Origin: the human T2T-CHM13v2.0 reference genome, Homo sapiens
Reading direction: 5' to 3' (one strand)
Assembly: GCF_009914755.1 (NCBI RefSeq)
Contig: NC_060933.1
DNA: 64,000 nt
How positions within the stretch are numbered: position 1 is the first letter of the stretch; every line of letters begins with the position of its first letter. Of this stretch, positions 15,259 through 27,810 are shown piece by piece. A program made the translations under genes and the position numbers. The notes under the pieces were generated by a model. That model was not told the origin of the DNA. It ran no database searches and was given only the letters and a program-made list of their open reading frames with translations.

Positions 15259-16859
15259 ATGATAAAGAACTGTACTGTATTTGATTTCTTAAAATGTTAC
15301 AAATTTCTAGTTTCATCATCCTGTAATCTTTCCACTAAACTAATCAAGGCTGACACTGAAAATTGTTCTATAAAAATACCCAGGTTCAAGTAAAAAGTGA
15401 ACCTAGAAGAATAAATGTTAAAGACTTTCTCCAAAATTTTATATGAAGCTTCTACAGTGATAACACCAAATTTTTTAAATGACTGCAAGACCTTTGGCAA
15501 AGAAACAAGATATAATGAAAAAATAATTAAGTTTAAAGATACATCAATGAAGATATAAATAAAGTTTCTCCATTACCTTTTGCCTATGAGAGATGTTCCA
15601 AAAATAGAGGTTCCACAAACTTGACACAAATTTCATTTTATACAAACTTGGGCACTAAAATCTAAAAATAGATTCAAATGTACTGTATTCCACAGTTAAC
15701 GCACTGCGGACCAAAGCATTTACCCCTGTGCAGGCATCTCCTTTCCTACAGACCTAAGAACACACACAACCTTTCTGCCATCTTTCTAATTAAATAGCAT
15801 ACAGAGTTTGCAAAGTGAGGTGTTTATTAAGTTACCACCCACCCAACCACCCTGCTGTTTCCAACTACTGGTCTGCAAGAATCAGAATTCTTGATCTCTT
15901 GATACTATGGACATTTCACATGCTCACTGTACAACTGTAACTGACATACAAAATCACATTTTCAAATTAATGTTCATCAAAACAGCTTTGTGTTCACTGT
16001 GATTGACTCATAGGAAATAAGTGCTATTAAATTTGAAGGTTCCCATTAGTCTAATAAAATACCACTTATCTGTTTCAATCCTGAGGAGCTAAGATTGTAT
16101 TTGTTTAAAAAGAAGAGAATCCTATGCCATTAAAATAGTTTGGAAATCACATTATTTTGATAGAATAAAGAAGGATCAAAACTAGCTGTAAAATTCTCAG
16201 CAAGCAGAGACACAAGATAAACCTAGCTAAGAACACTCATATTAATAAAAAATATTTTAAGATACTAGCCCTAAGGCGTGCTGGGGCATGGCAGGAGCCT
16301 TATCATGCAAGGCACTACCTACTCAGAGGTAATCAACATCTCTTTGGGCCCTCTGGAATTTATATTTGGGTTTTTGTTTTTTCCCCTTTTGTCAAAGTTT
16401 CTAGTTAGCAGCTGATGAGGTCAGTACAAGACCTACCTCAAACAACTGAGAGTAATGGTGAAATACTCATTACCTGAGGTCTTCCACCAACTACTCCTCT
16501 AGCCATTCTTTTAGAAGAAAGGAAAAATAACAGTGAAAGAACAATCTACCCTGGAGTTTCAAAAACCTAATTACACTTAAACACACACACACACACATGC
16601 TCGCACACGTGCTTTCAGCAACATATCAGATCAGTAAGGACACAGCCTAGTGACGTAAACTCAACATGTCTAGTTCTGAAAGCTAGGAATTAACTCAGAG
16701 ACCAATGCTGAAGAGGGGACAGCACTTTAAACTTAAACTTTCCAAAGAATTAAGTACTGCAATTGTTAACACCTCTTCCATAACGCCCTAAATCTAGAAT
16801 TCAGGTAAACCTGGAAATCCCTGGTTCAATCTCCCTACAAAATGTTTAAGACATTGATA

Positions 16860-17125
16860 ACTCCTAGCTAACGAGTACCTTCCAGGTCCCCACTACAGAT
16901 TCTGATTCAGTAGGCCTGGACAGAGCCCAGGACCGTGCATTTCTAGCACTCATTACAAGTGATTCCAATGCGGGAATCCTGTGACCATACTTCATGAGAC
17001 ACAGTCTGATTCCCAAAACTTTTTTGGGCTTCAAGATCACCTGGGAAGCTCTCTGACAACAGATTCCAAAACTCCCTTAGGTGAGTAGGTGAGGATGTAG
17101 AGCCAAATTTGGGTACCACCGGGCT
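16860..17125. mobile_element. MER5-family (hAT-Charlie) remnants
   Basis: cagattctgattcagtaggcctgg...gcatttcta...gtgattc motif, followed by a second degraded MER5-like piece. Confidence 0.6.
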
Positions 17126-18964
17126 AGAATATCAAGTTCACAACCATAGATTATAATGTTTCTAGAGAAGCACAGATGTTCTTGTTCATTTGGTGTATTC
17201 GTCAGTCCTTACTGTCAAAAACCTTCCATTCTCCTTCCAGAGAAGACACACTCGCCAGAAGATGCCCTCTGGATAACTCTGTAAAAATCACACATCTCTC
17301 TATAAATTCATCAGTTGGCCATTTGCTTCATCTTTAAAGAGTGAGCTCTTGCCTCCAACAAGTGGCAAAGAGGAAACATCCAGGTAAAGCATAAGATAAT
17401 CAGAATTCTGGTCCCTACTCTACCGCTTAATAGCTCTGTGGCCTTGAACTAGTCATTTCACAAACCTGGGCCTCTCATCACCTATGATGTTTGGGGCAAA
17501 GAAGGGAGAGGGTTGGTTAAGGTCACCTCTAGGGCTTTTCTGACTGTAACACTTTATTACTCATTCCTTGCATCATAAAATCCATTTCGTTCATCTAGAA
17601 TGCAGCATCAGCAGGTGTCAAGGACTCCCAAGTGCATTTAAAAACGCAAAGGGATGGACTAAAGTCAGCTAAGCTGTACAAGCAGCAGAAGCTTCTCATG
17701 ATGAATGCCTATAGATAGGAAACAGGCTGAAGCATACAGCTGGGCAGAAGCCCAAAGAGACGGACCTGACAAATAACATAATAAATAGAACTTAGTCTAG
17801 AGAGAAGATTATTGTATTTGCTACTGAAGACATTTCTTAATGTACTTCCCTAATCCTCACTCGATCAAAATAGTGACATTAATTTGCTAACACTGACACA
17901 GTCTAAAAGTTATACACTCTCTTCAAGGACTTAAGAAGCACACACTTTCCTAACTAGATATTTTTGTTCCTTAGATATAGTTTCCTGATTCAGCATTAAG
18001 AAAGATTTAAGAAAAGGGAAAAGGAAAGATTTCAAATCTTCCTGTAGAGTGACTCCAGAGTTTTCCTGTAACCCAATTAACGCACATGCTCCTACAAAAT
18101 CGGAATACAGAAATGGGTCCCAACTGCTTCCCAGGAGGTAGAATAAGCTGGATAATTAGAGAAGGACCAAAGAACTCTGGTCTGTCCCTAAAATACGTAC
18201 TGAGAAACTGCACAAGACGGGTAATGCTACACACCACAGGACAGGGTCCAAAGCTCCACAAATTCTTTCAAAACCTTGCTAGAGATACATTAGTACTACC
18301 TCTTACGAAGTATGCCTACTTTTCAAAGTACAACCACTCAGAACCCAGATTTAGATACTACCATTTTCTAGACTATTTTACTCAATAGAAGTATTCAGTA
18401 AGAAACTCAGAAAAAAAAATATCCTAAAGCAGTTTATGCTTAAGTTAAATGAGTGAGATCCTTCTAAAAGCCATTTTAACCCATATTACAAATATGTCAG
18501 TGGTCCAAATCAAACCAAGATTACCAGAAGTTGAGATGCCTAGTGTTCAGATTTACCTACTCCACTTTTGAATTTATTATCATATATGTTTCTTTTAGGA
18601 ATCATGCTCATATGTTATTGATGTGAACAGGTTAAACTGGTCTGATAACCAGTTAACAACAAATGATTTCAAAAGCTTTTATAGCACCATGTTCAGTGTA
18701 ATCTACTGTCAGGGAGAGATACTCACTCTTCCCACAGTCCCCAAATAGGCTCTATGATCAAATAAGGCCGGGGAACTATAATTCAAACAGGTTTTCTTTA
18801 CTGCTGGATTTTTCATAGTTCTTAATACAGTGATTATCGAGTATGGATCTTAAATAAAGAACTACAGAGTGCAGCACTTCCTAAACTTGTCTGTCAATAT
18901 AATACTTATGTTAAGAAATAATTACTAGTATCTCACCAAATGAAGGTTGAAAAACATCTTTCAA

Positions 18965-19705
18965 TCTTATACACACTATCGTGGGAAGGCAAATTAATAC
19001 ACCAAATACACTATGAAAAATGGTATGAAAGTTCCTCAAAAAATTAAAAACAGAACTACCGTATGATCCAGCATCCCCACTACTGCATGTTAACCCAAAA
19101 GAAATGAAATCAATTTGTCAAAAGGGATGCACGCATATCCATATTTATTGCAGCAATGTTTACAACAGCCAAAATATGGACTCAACCCAAATGTCCATCA
19201 ACCAATAAATGGATAAAGAAAATATGCTATATATACAAAATGAAATACCATTCAGCCACAAAAAAGAATGAAATTCTGTCATTTCCAGAAACATGGGTCA
19301 ACTTAGAGGACACTATGTTAAGTGAGGTGAGACAGCCAAATACCACACGATCTCATAGGTAGAATCGAAAAATGCTGATCTCATTGGAGGCGAGAGCAGA
19401 ATAGTGGGTACCAGAGGGTGGAGAAGAGAGGAGGAAGGAAGGAGGGGGCCAGATGGTTAATGAGTACAGGGTCACTGTTAAAAGAAATAAGTTCTGGTGT
19501 GCTATTCCACAGAAGGGTGACTATGGTTAGCAATATTGTATAGTATACTTCCAAATAGCTAGAAGAGAGGATTTTGAACACTCTCAAAGAAATTATGAAT
19601 GTTTGAGATTTGGAAATGCTATAATACCCTGCTTGATCATTACACAATGTATATAGCATCAAAACATCTCACTGTACTCCACAAATTTGTTCAATTATGT
19701 GTTAA
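18965..19705 (+). mobile_element. L1MA-type LINE-1, 3' end of ORF2 plus 3' UTR
   Basis: gttcctcaaaaaattaaaaacagaactaccgtatgatccagc...aaatgtccatcaaccaataaatggataaagaaaat. ORF 19156-19362 (MFTTAKIWTQPKCPSTNKWIKK) resembles the L1 ORF2 C-terminus. Confidence 0.92.
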
Positions 19706-19706
19706 C

Positions 19707-19772
19707 TATATACAAATATATACTATATATAGTAGTGTACACGTAATATATATGTGTATACATCATATATAG

Positions 19773-19807
<35 letters not shown>
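19707..19807. repeat. (TA)n microsatellite at the L1 3' end
   Basis: Perfect (TA)16 at 19776-19807, preceded by degenerate TA-rich sequence. Confidence 0.95.
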
Positions 19808-19813
<6 letters not shown>

Positions 19814-21974
19814 ATAGAAACGTCTTACATCTTTAGAAACATCTTTCAATACTCATGACCATTGTGGAATTTCTTGGGGACTCTACTTGCTTACCAAATA
19901 TTTTTAATAGAAATTTTACCACAGTGGAAATCTCCATTACATCCTTCCCCTCAAGCCACTGAAAAGACAACAGGCAGGGGTCAGAGGTGAAGGAAATGGA
20001 TGAGAAATATTTACACAGTTTTTTAGTATCTAGGTATGTATTAAAGAATACCCATGTGTTGTGCTTCTATTACCACCGTCTACCACACTAAAGTTAGAGA
20101 GGCAAAGGAGGTGAAGATAAAGAACTCAAATTTATCCCATTTTGCCACATAACAGCTCTAAAGATTCACAAAAGAGTAAGATTAATTCAAGATTGACTAG
20201 AGGTGAGACGTGAGGATCTGTAAGATGTCTCCTGTGGCAGATGCCTAATATGAAAGATGTATGATTTGTCTAATATTTTCATCTTATAAAATGATAAAAT
20301 GTATCATTTCGTAACAGTTTCATAACAAAACATGACTTTTGTGCTCTGTTCATGCATCTTTCTTTTTAATAGTAAGGGGAGCTCTACTAAGCAATCAGAA
20401 ATTGCATCATTTGTGTCATAGCCCTCAAGTCATTTATCATATTTTTATCTTTTATATTAAAAAGGTTGCAAAATCCACATGTCAGGGGTGTTGTTTTACT
20501 TTAAAAACAAAAGATAACATGTTTAAAACATGTTAAAAAGATGTTTAAAAACATCACGACAGAGACGTAAGAGCAGCCTTTTGTTCTTCACCTTTTTCAA
20601 CTTATTAAAAACACTATAAATTTCACATATGCTTATCACACTCATTTTGGAAAAGAAATTGAAAAATCTCATCCATCTGATTATCAGTGTTCAGAAACAT
20701 AAGAACCACCTTCCTAATATCATAGTGAACATTTAAGCAACATAATTAAAATATAATGGCCGTTTGCTATGGATCAATGACAATCAGTTTGTACTTAGCT
20801 TTTTAACTTGATTTCAGTAAGTTGTCTCTGTGAATCTCAATCTGTAGCTTGAGGAAATATGATTATGAGCCAAGTCCAGGGGCTGGCTCTAGAACTCACT
20901 TGCAGATCTTGGAGAGAATGAGCCCTAACGATTAACGGAATAGCTCAAAGTCCCATGTATGAAAAAGTCAAAAGTGAACTTAGAAATGGCCCAGTGTTAC
21001 CCCCTTTTTCTCTGCCTTTTACCTTATTTTGCCAATGGAAACCAGAAGTCTAGGGCTGACTTATCCAATGTCACATGACTAGGTGAGAGTTCAGACTCCT
21101 GGTCTCATTCTTCACACTGCCTTTAAGTATCTTTTACTCATTTCAAATATTCCATTTTATATTTTTGGTTATAAGCTTTGTAAAGCAATTTGGTATACAC
21201 TATCAATCAAATTTAATTAACATGAAAAGTCCACAGAGTCTGTCTACCTTCGTATATTTTTAGTGTTTAACTTCATATGTATGTCTAACTTCATATATTT
21301 TTAGTGTTTGAAAACAACTCCTGCAGGAAGCATTAACCCTTCTATCCCAAGAACGTGCTCTTTAAATTAGGTTTTGGTTTACTCTAAAAATTTAGTCAAA
21401 TCTTAAAAAATACTAAGGAGATTTTCACCTAATATTCAAAATGTACTATAATTAAGGCTTTATCTTTATAACAAGAAGGACAATCATATACCATGTCCTT
21501 TCCTTGTTAAGGAACGGAACATAAGATCTCATCACGCTTGGTATTATATCAGTGAAAATGTTTATACACTGACAATGTGAACATTACCATTTATTTTATC
21601 ATATATAAGCAAAATGATTATATTAACATAAGGAAAACACATTTTAAGATTTTTTCCCCTCTCCCAAACACATATTGTATCTCACTGTTGAAATGCTAAC
21701 TTAAATACACTCAGGGTACTAAAAGATAAAAGTTAACATGACACTGGCTATCCCAGATACATATACTTTTAGAAGATTTTCCAAAGATCCTGTCCAGATC
21801 AGAGTACATTAAAGTCCAGTTAAAATATATACTGCCCCCAAAATAGTTTATGATTTAAAAAGAAAATTTTAAACTAAGTTTCATATTGCTGATGTAATAA
21901 CAGAGAGAAAATCTAGATATGTAAAATTGCAGCAGTGAATTATTTACAAGCAGTAATCTTATTATTTTCTCCTA

Positions 21975-22268
<294 letters not shown>

Positions 22269-25027
22269 CTAAAAACAGAGAAAACAAGAAATGTCAGAAT
22301 TCATATTTCACAACCTATTAGAGACTCCATCCAAGAATTTAAACACTTGTCACTAAACACAAGTCGTTCTAATGAAATTACAACAATGCTTCAACAAAAA
22401 GTGTAATACCTACACTAATTTTCACTTCATATTAACCTATTCATCTTAAGGTTACAACTATATTTTCACATACATATTCCATACATGCATATAAGCACAA
22501 TTTAAATCTTAAACATTTTCTAGAATCACATTCTGGGTCTATTCACATACCCTTACTCACCTGCAGTGTCCACAGATGAGAAAATCAAGTACCAAAGGGC
22601 ACAGAATTGAACCCTAACTAAAAATCATACTAGAAAATAAAAGTGCTTAACATGCTACAAAAATGAACAAAAAAATGACCTACCTAACTCTGAAGAGATT
22701 TTCAGTTATCCTAAGAGGTTCAATATTCTAAAACTGACAGATAGCCATTAACTTAAAAATCAAAGAGCAAGAGTACTTTTAAAAATATAAATTTGTCAAC
22801 ATGTACTGTTTTGGTTACATATTGAAAACGTTTTTGATGGACAATATCTTATCTCTACCATTGGTAAGAAAAAAACAGATGCTATATTTTAGGGAGTGGA
22901 AAGGAACTAACTGTAAGGTAACTTGGGAATGAGCTATGAATACTTTGTCTAACTGGTAGAATCTAATAGGACACTCCTGTCAACCTTGGCAGCTAAAAAT
23001 TACCAACAAGGTGACTGATCTACAACATCAAAATAAAATCCCCAAACACTTCGATATGGTGTTTCTCCTTGACTCTGCTTTTTAATGAGAAAAAAGAAAA
23101 CCTATCCAGTCAATGAAAACAACAATGTAAATATATCAACTTTTGCAAACAGACCAGCCCAAGGAATTCTCGTCTGAGCACATAAGCCTGTTGAAAATGC
23201 AAGTAATAGGGTATCTATAAACTCCAAACACCAGATAAAGAACAGAATTGGGGAAAATGGCCTCAAACTGTTCAGGCTACTCTACAAATCACTTATTAAG
23301 CAGTATTAAATCTAGTTTCCTAAAACCAATCCTATGCAAAAGAGTCACAAACCACAGCCCCAAATTTTCCAAAATCATTTTCCACTAACTACCTATCTTT
23401 GGACAGCCAAGACTGTGGTGGAATCTAAAAATCAACGCATCACTGAAAGGATTATCCTTCATATTGCATACATCTCTCACCTCCACAAAGAACTGCTTCT
23501 CAAAACTGACAATTCTGAATTGACGGGATGCTAGTTTTAGGGAAGCTTTAACATAGAAAAGGCAAAGAACTTGAGGCAAAGAAAAAAAGCAAAGTAAAGG
23601 GAAAGAGGGTTACAAGGAAAGAGAAAAAACTGTCTTTTAAAACACATATTGCCTAAGAAAAATAAAAGGGCACATTAGCAGATAAACATATAGGAAGAAA
23701 TCTCTACTGCCAGGAGATGTTTACAAAAGAAGGCAGTGTTGGACATATTGAGACTGGTCAGACTGAACAAGAATCAGTGCTGTCATGATAAAAAAACATG
23801 AGGCAAAATCCAGAATAGCTTTTGAAATATCCAACAACCTGTAACCCCTCTGTGACTTCATTTCCTTGTCAAAGAAGTGGGAATTTATTCTACAAGCTGC
23901 AAGCTGTTTCTCTACGTAAGCTAAGTTTTCTCAGGGAATACTTAAAGGGATGAAGGAAAATAAACCTTTGGAAATCTGTATTTAAAAATCTTAAATAATT
24001 CAAGATATGGGTTTTATTATAATTAGCAAATCTATTTGAATTTGAAAAGGGAAGTTTCAGATTTCCTAATTAAACATAACTGTTCTGGTTTGTAGAATAT
24101 TAGCTGTGGGTCACTCTTTTCACAGCAAAAATTCTTCTGGGGTTAACCCTTGCCCAGCAGTTATGGAAACAATGAGCTACAAGATTAAAGTGGCCAAAGA
24201 CACTTAAATCACTACTGAAAAGTTTGGATGGGTGTAGAAACTACAAGAGACCCGAATGGGAGATTCGGACTAAAGCTCATTGGGATAGCATTTGAAATAC
24301 AAAGTGTTCATTGACTGAAATCAGCAAGATTTAGAAAGGACAACAAACACTCCTCACTTAATTGCACATTTATTTCCATGTTCAGGTGGCAAGAATGAGC
24401 TCCTAAGCCAACATTCAAGTGAACAGCTGCAGTAGGCTGTGTGCGCTGAAAATTACAGCATCTCTCTGCTATAGGACCATCTGCTCAGAATAAAATGATA
24501 CTAATGTGCTATATTTTACAAATAATGCATATTCCATTGATAGGCTCAACACAACTGTTCACAGAATGCAAACTCTTTCAACAGTTACTGGGCAAATAAT
24601 TTTCAGCCAGATTTACAATTTCAACTTTTTTTTTGGAGCATAAAGAATTGTAAATAACTTCAAAATTTAGTAACCAAAAAAATACATAGTAAACAGAATG
24701 TATAGAATTACGGTAACTTAGTATTCAGACCATACCAAAACTTTTTTTGTTTTTTTAAAAAAGCTTGTCACTCTTTTGAGTCTGCGCTAAATCCTAATTT
24801 AGATTGTAAAAAAATTACATACGAGAGCATGGTTCTGATGCTACATACACCACTACAGTTAAAATTGCAATGTGCTTTAAGTCCTAATGATGGCCATACC
24901 ACAATAGGTTAAATGTAAGAATAATTAGTATGCCAAATGAAAGATTCAAGTGTTTGGTATGGCCTCAGCACTCCTCCAACATGCTAAAAAAAAGTAGCCT
25001 ACAGAATTTAAGAAAAATCCCACAGAC

Positions 25028-25099
25028 CCCGGTCCAAGGCTCTGCTGCCCACGAACCACTTCTAAGCAGAGAAGCCACATCACACAGTCTGACTGCCAT
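25028..25099 (-). CDS. ELAVL2: ELAVL2 alternative upstream coding exon (exon 25028-25118), N-terminal extension MAVRLCDVASLLRSGSWAAEPWTG
   Basis: Branch-like TCTAAC (25153-25148), pyrimidine tract and TTGCAG| acceptor at 25119. Strong Kozak AACATGG. 24 codons end at phase 0 on GGG|GTCTGT and join in frame to CAG GTA ATT GCT GCC ATG (QVIAAM). The peptide matches, from recall, the long N-terminus of vertebrate ELAVL2/ElrB isoforms. Confidence 0.88.
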
Positions 25100-27517
25100 G
25101 TTAGTTTGGAGTTGCCGTCTGCAATATGGACACAAAAAGTACCGTATGTTAGATGAGCAAGATAATGCAACAAATCAGTTTGTACAAAATTTACAGTGAT
25201 TGTATTGATATTCCCAGCACGTCCATGCAGTGTGGCTTAATTGAAATTGAGGCAATTCCAATCTAATCTTTCCAAATTCATTTCAACATGTAGTTTTCTT
25301 GCACAAATATAAGCATTTTTAATTAAGAGCCTGATTTTAAAACAGTATTAACTAGTTATCTTGGCATCTATTCTGAAGAACTAATGTAAACCACACCTCA
25401 AAAATTTAAAAAATAAAGTAAAATAAAGCAAAATACTGCAGGCTGTCTTATCTCTTAAGGATGTGGGAGAAGGGAGGAAATGTGAATGAAATTTTATAGT
25501 GGGAAAAAGTCATCATGCAATTCCTAAGTGACTGGTTTGCATAAAAGCACTCTTTCCCCAAAATATCAGAAAGACATTAAGAGAAGCTATATTTGCCCAC
25601 ACTGTTACATTATACTATAAATGATCCTTAATCCTGGGACTTAAAATTAAAAGTGAATCGAAACCCTGTGAGGTTATTTTGCCACTACAGTCAAACGGTT
25701 TCTAACAGTTTCAATGAGAATTGCTCACATATACTAAGAGGCAGTAAACCAGCATCTTTCAATTGAAATAATTGGACCGATAAATAGGATTGTTTGGAGT
25801 AATGCTCGCATAGGATGTCAGCTTTGTCCCTGAACGAAATCAAGTGAACATTTTTTAATATGTAAATTGTAAACCCAGCACGATTTGAAATTAGTGCTGC
25901 TATGAGGCCTCCAATATAGTTAATGGGCCATTTACCACTTATTGAAACTTGCCCAAATACCAAACAGAGCCATGATATTGGCACAAAAGCCAAAGTTTAC
26001 TTTTTTTGCCATATATGCAGATGCTTCAAATGGTCAATATAATCAGAAAACTTAGTTTCTAAAAATAGACAGTGAATAACAGAAGAGGTCCAAAAATGTC
26101 TTTTACTTATTGATAATTATAAAAATTTTATCCTGAGAGGCAATCCTGGCTGTGATTTACTCTTGATATTAGCAATGCCGCCAGTAACGATGGATTCCAC
26201 TTTCTGGCATCTATCAAAAAGGATTAACATACTTTTTTACAGGAAGCCATGAAAATATTTTACTCTTCTTCCGTTCTCCCACTGTAACAAGAGATTTTGG
26301 TCTGACCCTATGTTATTTTTCAAAAAACTACTTATAGTTTAACTGAACCTGTGAAAAAGTGCTTTACACCCATGAAAGATTTTTCATAAGAACCCAACTG
26401 TAGTTAAGACTACATGAGCAGGACCACACCCAGCAGGGTAAAGCAGGCATAAATGTATGTCCTGAATACCTTCAGGAGTTCAATCTAAACATTGCTCACT
26501 ACATAAAACAGATTTTAATTTAACTGCCTCAGTCCCTTCTATTTCATAGGAGGTGGACACTAATGAGCTAATCTATTGACACCCCTCTTTCTGAAAGCCC
26601 CAGGGAGGTGAACAATCACTTTATTGCACCAACTAGATAGGAAGGCTGTGTATGGAAAATGATTCTACTGCACTTTTACATTTCAAGCACCCCAGACAGT
26701 CTTCTCCGCTTGAGGCAGACACATACCTTTATGGGAAGTTATAAATAAGTTGCTCACATGGCCCTTACCTTTATGCTGGCCAACAATTCAGTTACTAAAA
26801 ATGTAAAGCTACTTCCCCTTCACTTAAGGACAGGCAATTCTGCTCTACTCAATCTACCACAGACAACTGGGCTGTGTACTATTTATAGATTCCACTGGCT
26901 CTGAAACTCTTCGGAAAGAAAAAAAAGGCCATATTCCAGTGAAACAGAGCCATTAATTTTAAGGCTTAAAAAAATAATGTTTCAATATATATTCTCCTCT
27001 TAATTTAGACATCACTTGTGCCAATTCAGACTGCTTTTCCTCCTGTTATTATCCAAGTAATAATTTATGAAAAGGCACTTTAGCATAGATGAATCTAGAA
27101 TATTCTAAACTTTCACTGGGCTCCAAGGTAAAATGGCTGTTACTATGGTGAAAGCGTAGGTTTTATTGGGAAATAGAAGATTGTCTCTACTTTTATACAC
27201 ACAGGTACTTCCAAAAAGCCATAAAGACTTCTAAACTTTTTATTTAAATAATCCTTTATGAATTTTAACATCTACTGTTTTCACAATAGTGGAATTTAGA
27301 AAATAAATGCTTTATATCTCATATCTGGGAAGAGTTAAGAATTTGAGAAGTCAAACTGATCCAATAGTTTCCTGGTCACATGAGAGAAAAGCAGTCTATA
27401 TTTTCTAATCTTACAATTAAAAAATTCTGCAAACTAAGGTAATCAGCTTCTTCACTATTTTCAAACCTCTTGCAGACAGCCACTAAACCAGGTAGTTAAT
27501 CAAAAGCATCTTAAATA

Positions 27518-27810
27518 GGCCAGACTCGGCGGCTCACGTCTGTAATCCCAGCACTTTGGGAGGCTGAGGTAGGTGGACCACTTGAGGTCAGAAGTTCAAG
27601 ACCAGCCTGGGCAACATGGTGAAACCCCACCTCTACTAAAAATACAAAATATTAGCTGGGCGTGGTCTGTAGTCCCAGCTACTCAGGACGCTGAGGCAGG
27701 AGAATGGCTTGAACCCAGGAGGGGGAGGTTGCAGTCAGCAGAGATCACACCACTTCACTCCATCCTGGGTGACAGTGAGAGACTCTGTCTCCAAAATAAG
27801 TAAATAAATA
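27518..27810 (+). mobile_element. AluS
   Basis: Dimeric sense Alu with a short deletion after the linker and a (TAAA)-type tail. Confidence 0.92.

Noticed and set aside
19156-19362. ORF resembling a reverse-transcriptase protein C-terminus
   Set aside because: Decayed L1 ORF2 remnant, not a gene.
24946-25173. 75-aa minus-strand ORF (and the 89-aa plus-strand ORF 24930-25199)
   Set aside because: Wrong frame or strand over the real 91-nt exon, with no protein similarity.
26763-26810. Possible 26-nt minus-strand exon (TTTTTAG|...AAG|GTAAGG)
   Set aside because: Short pyrimidine tract and no other support; such pairs are common in long introns.
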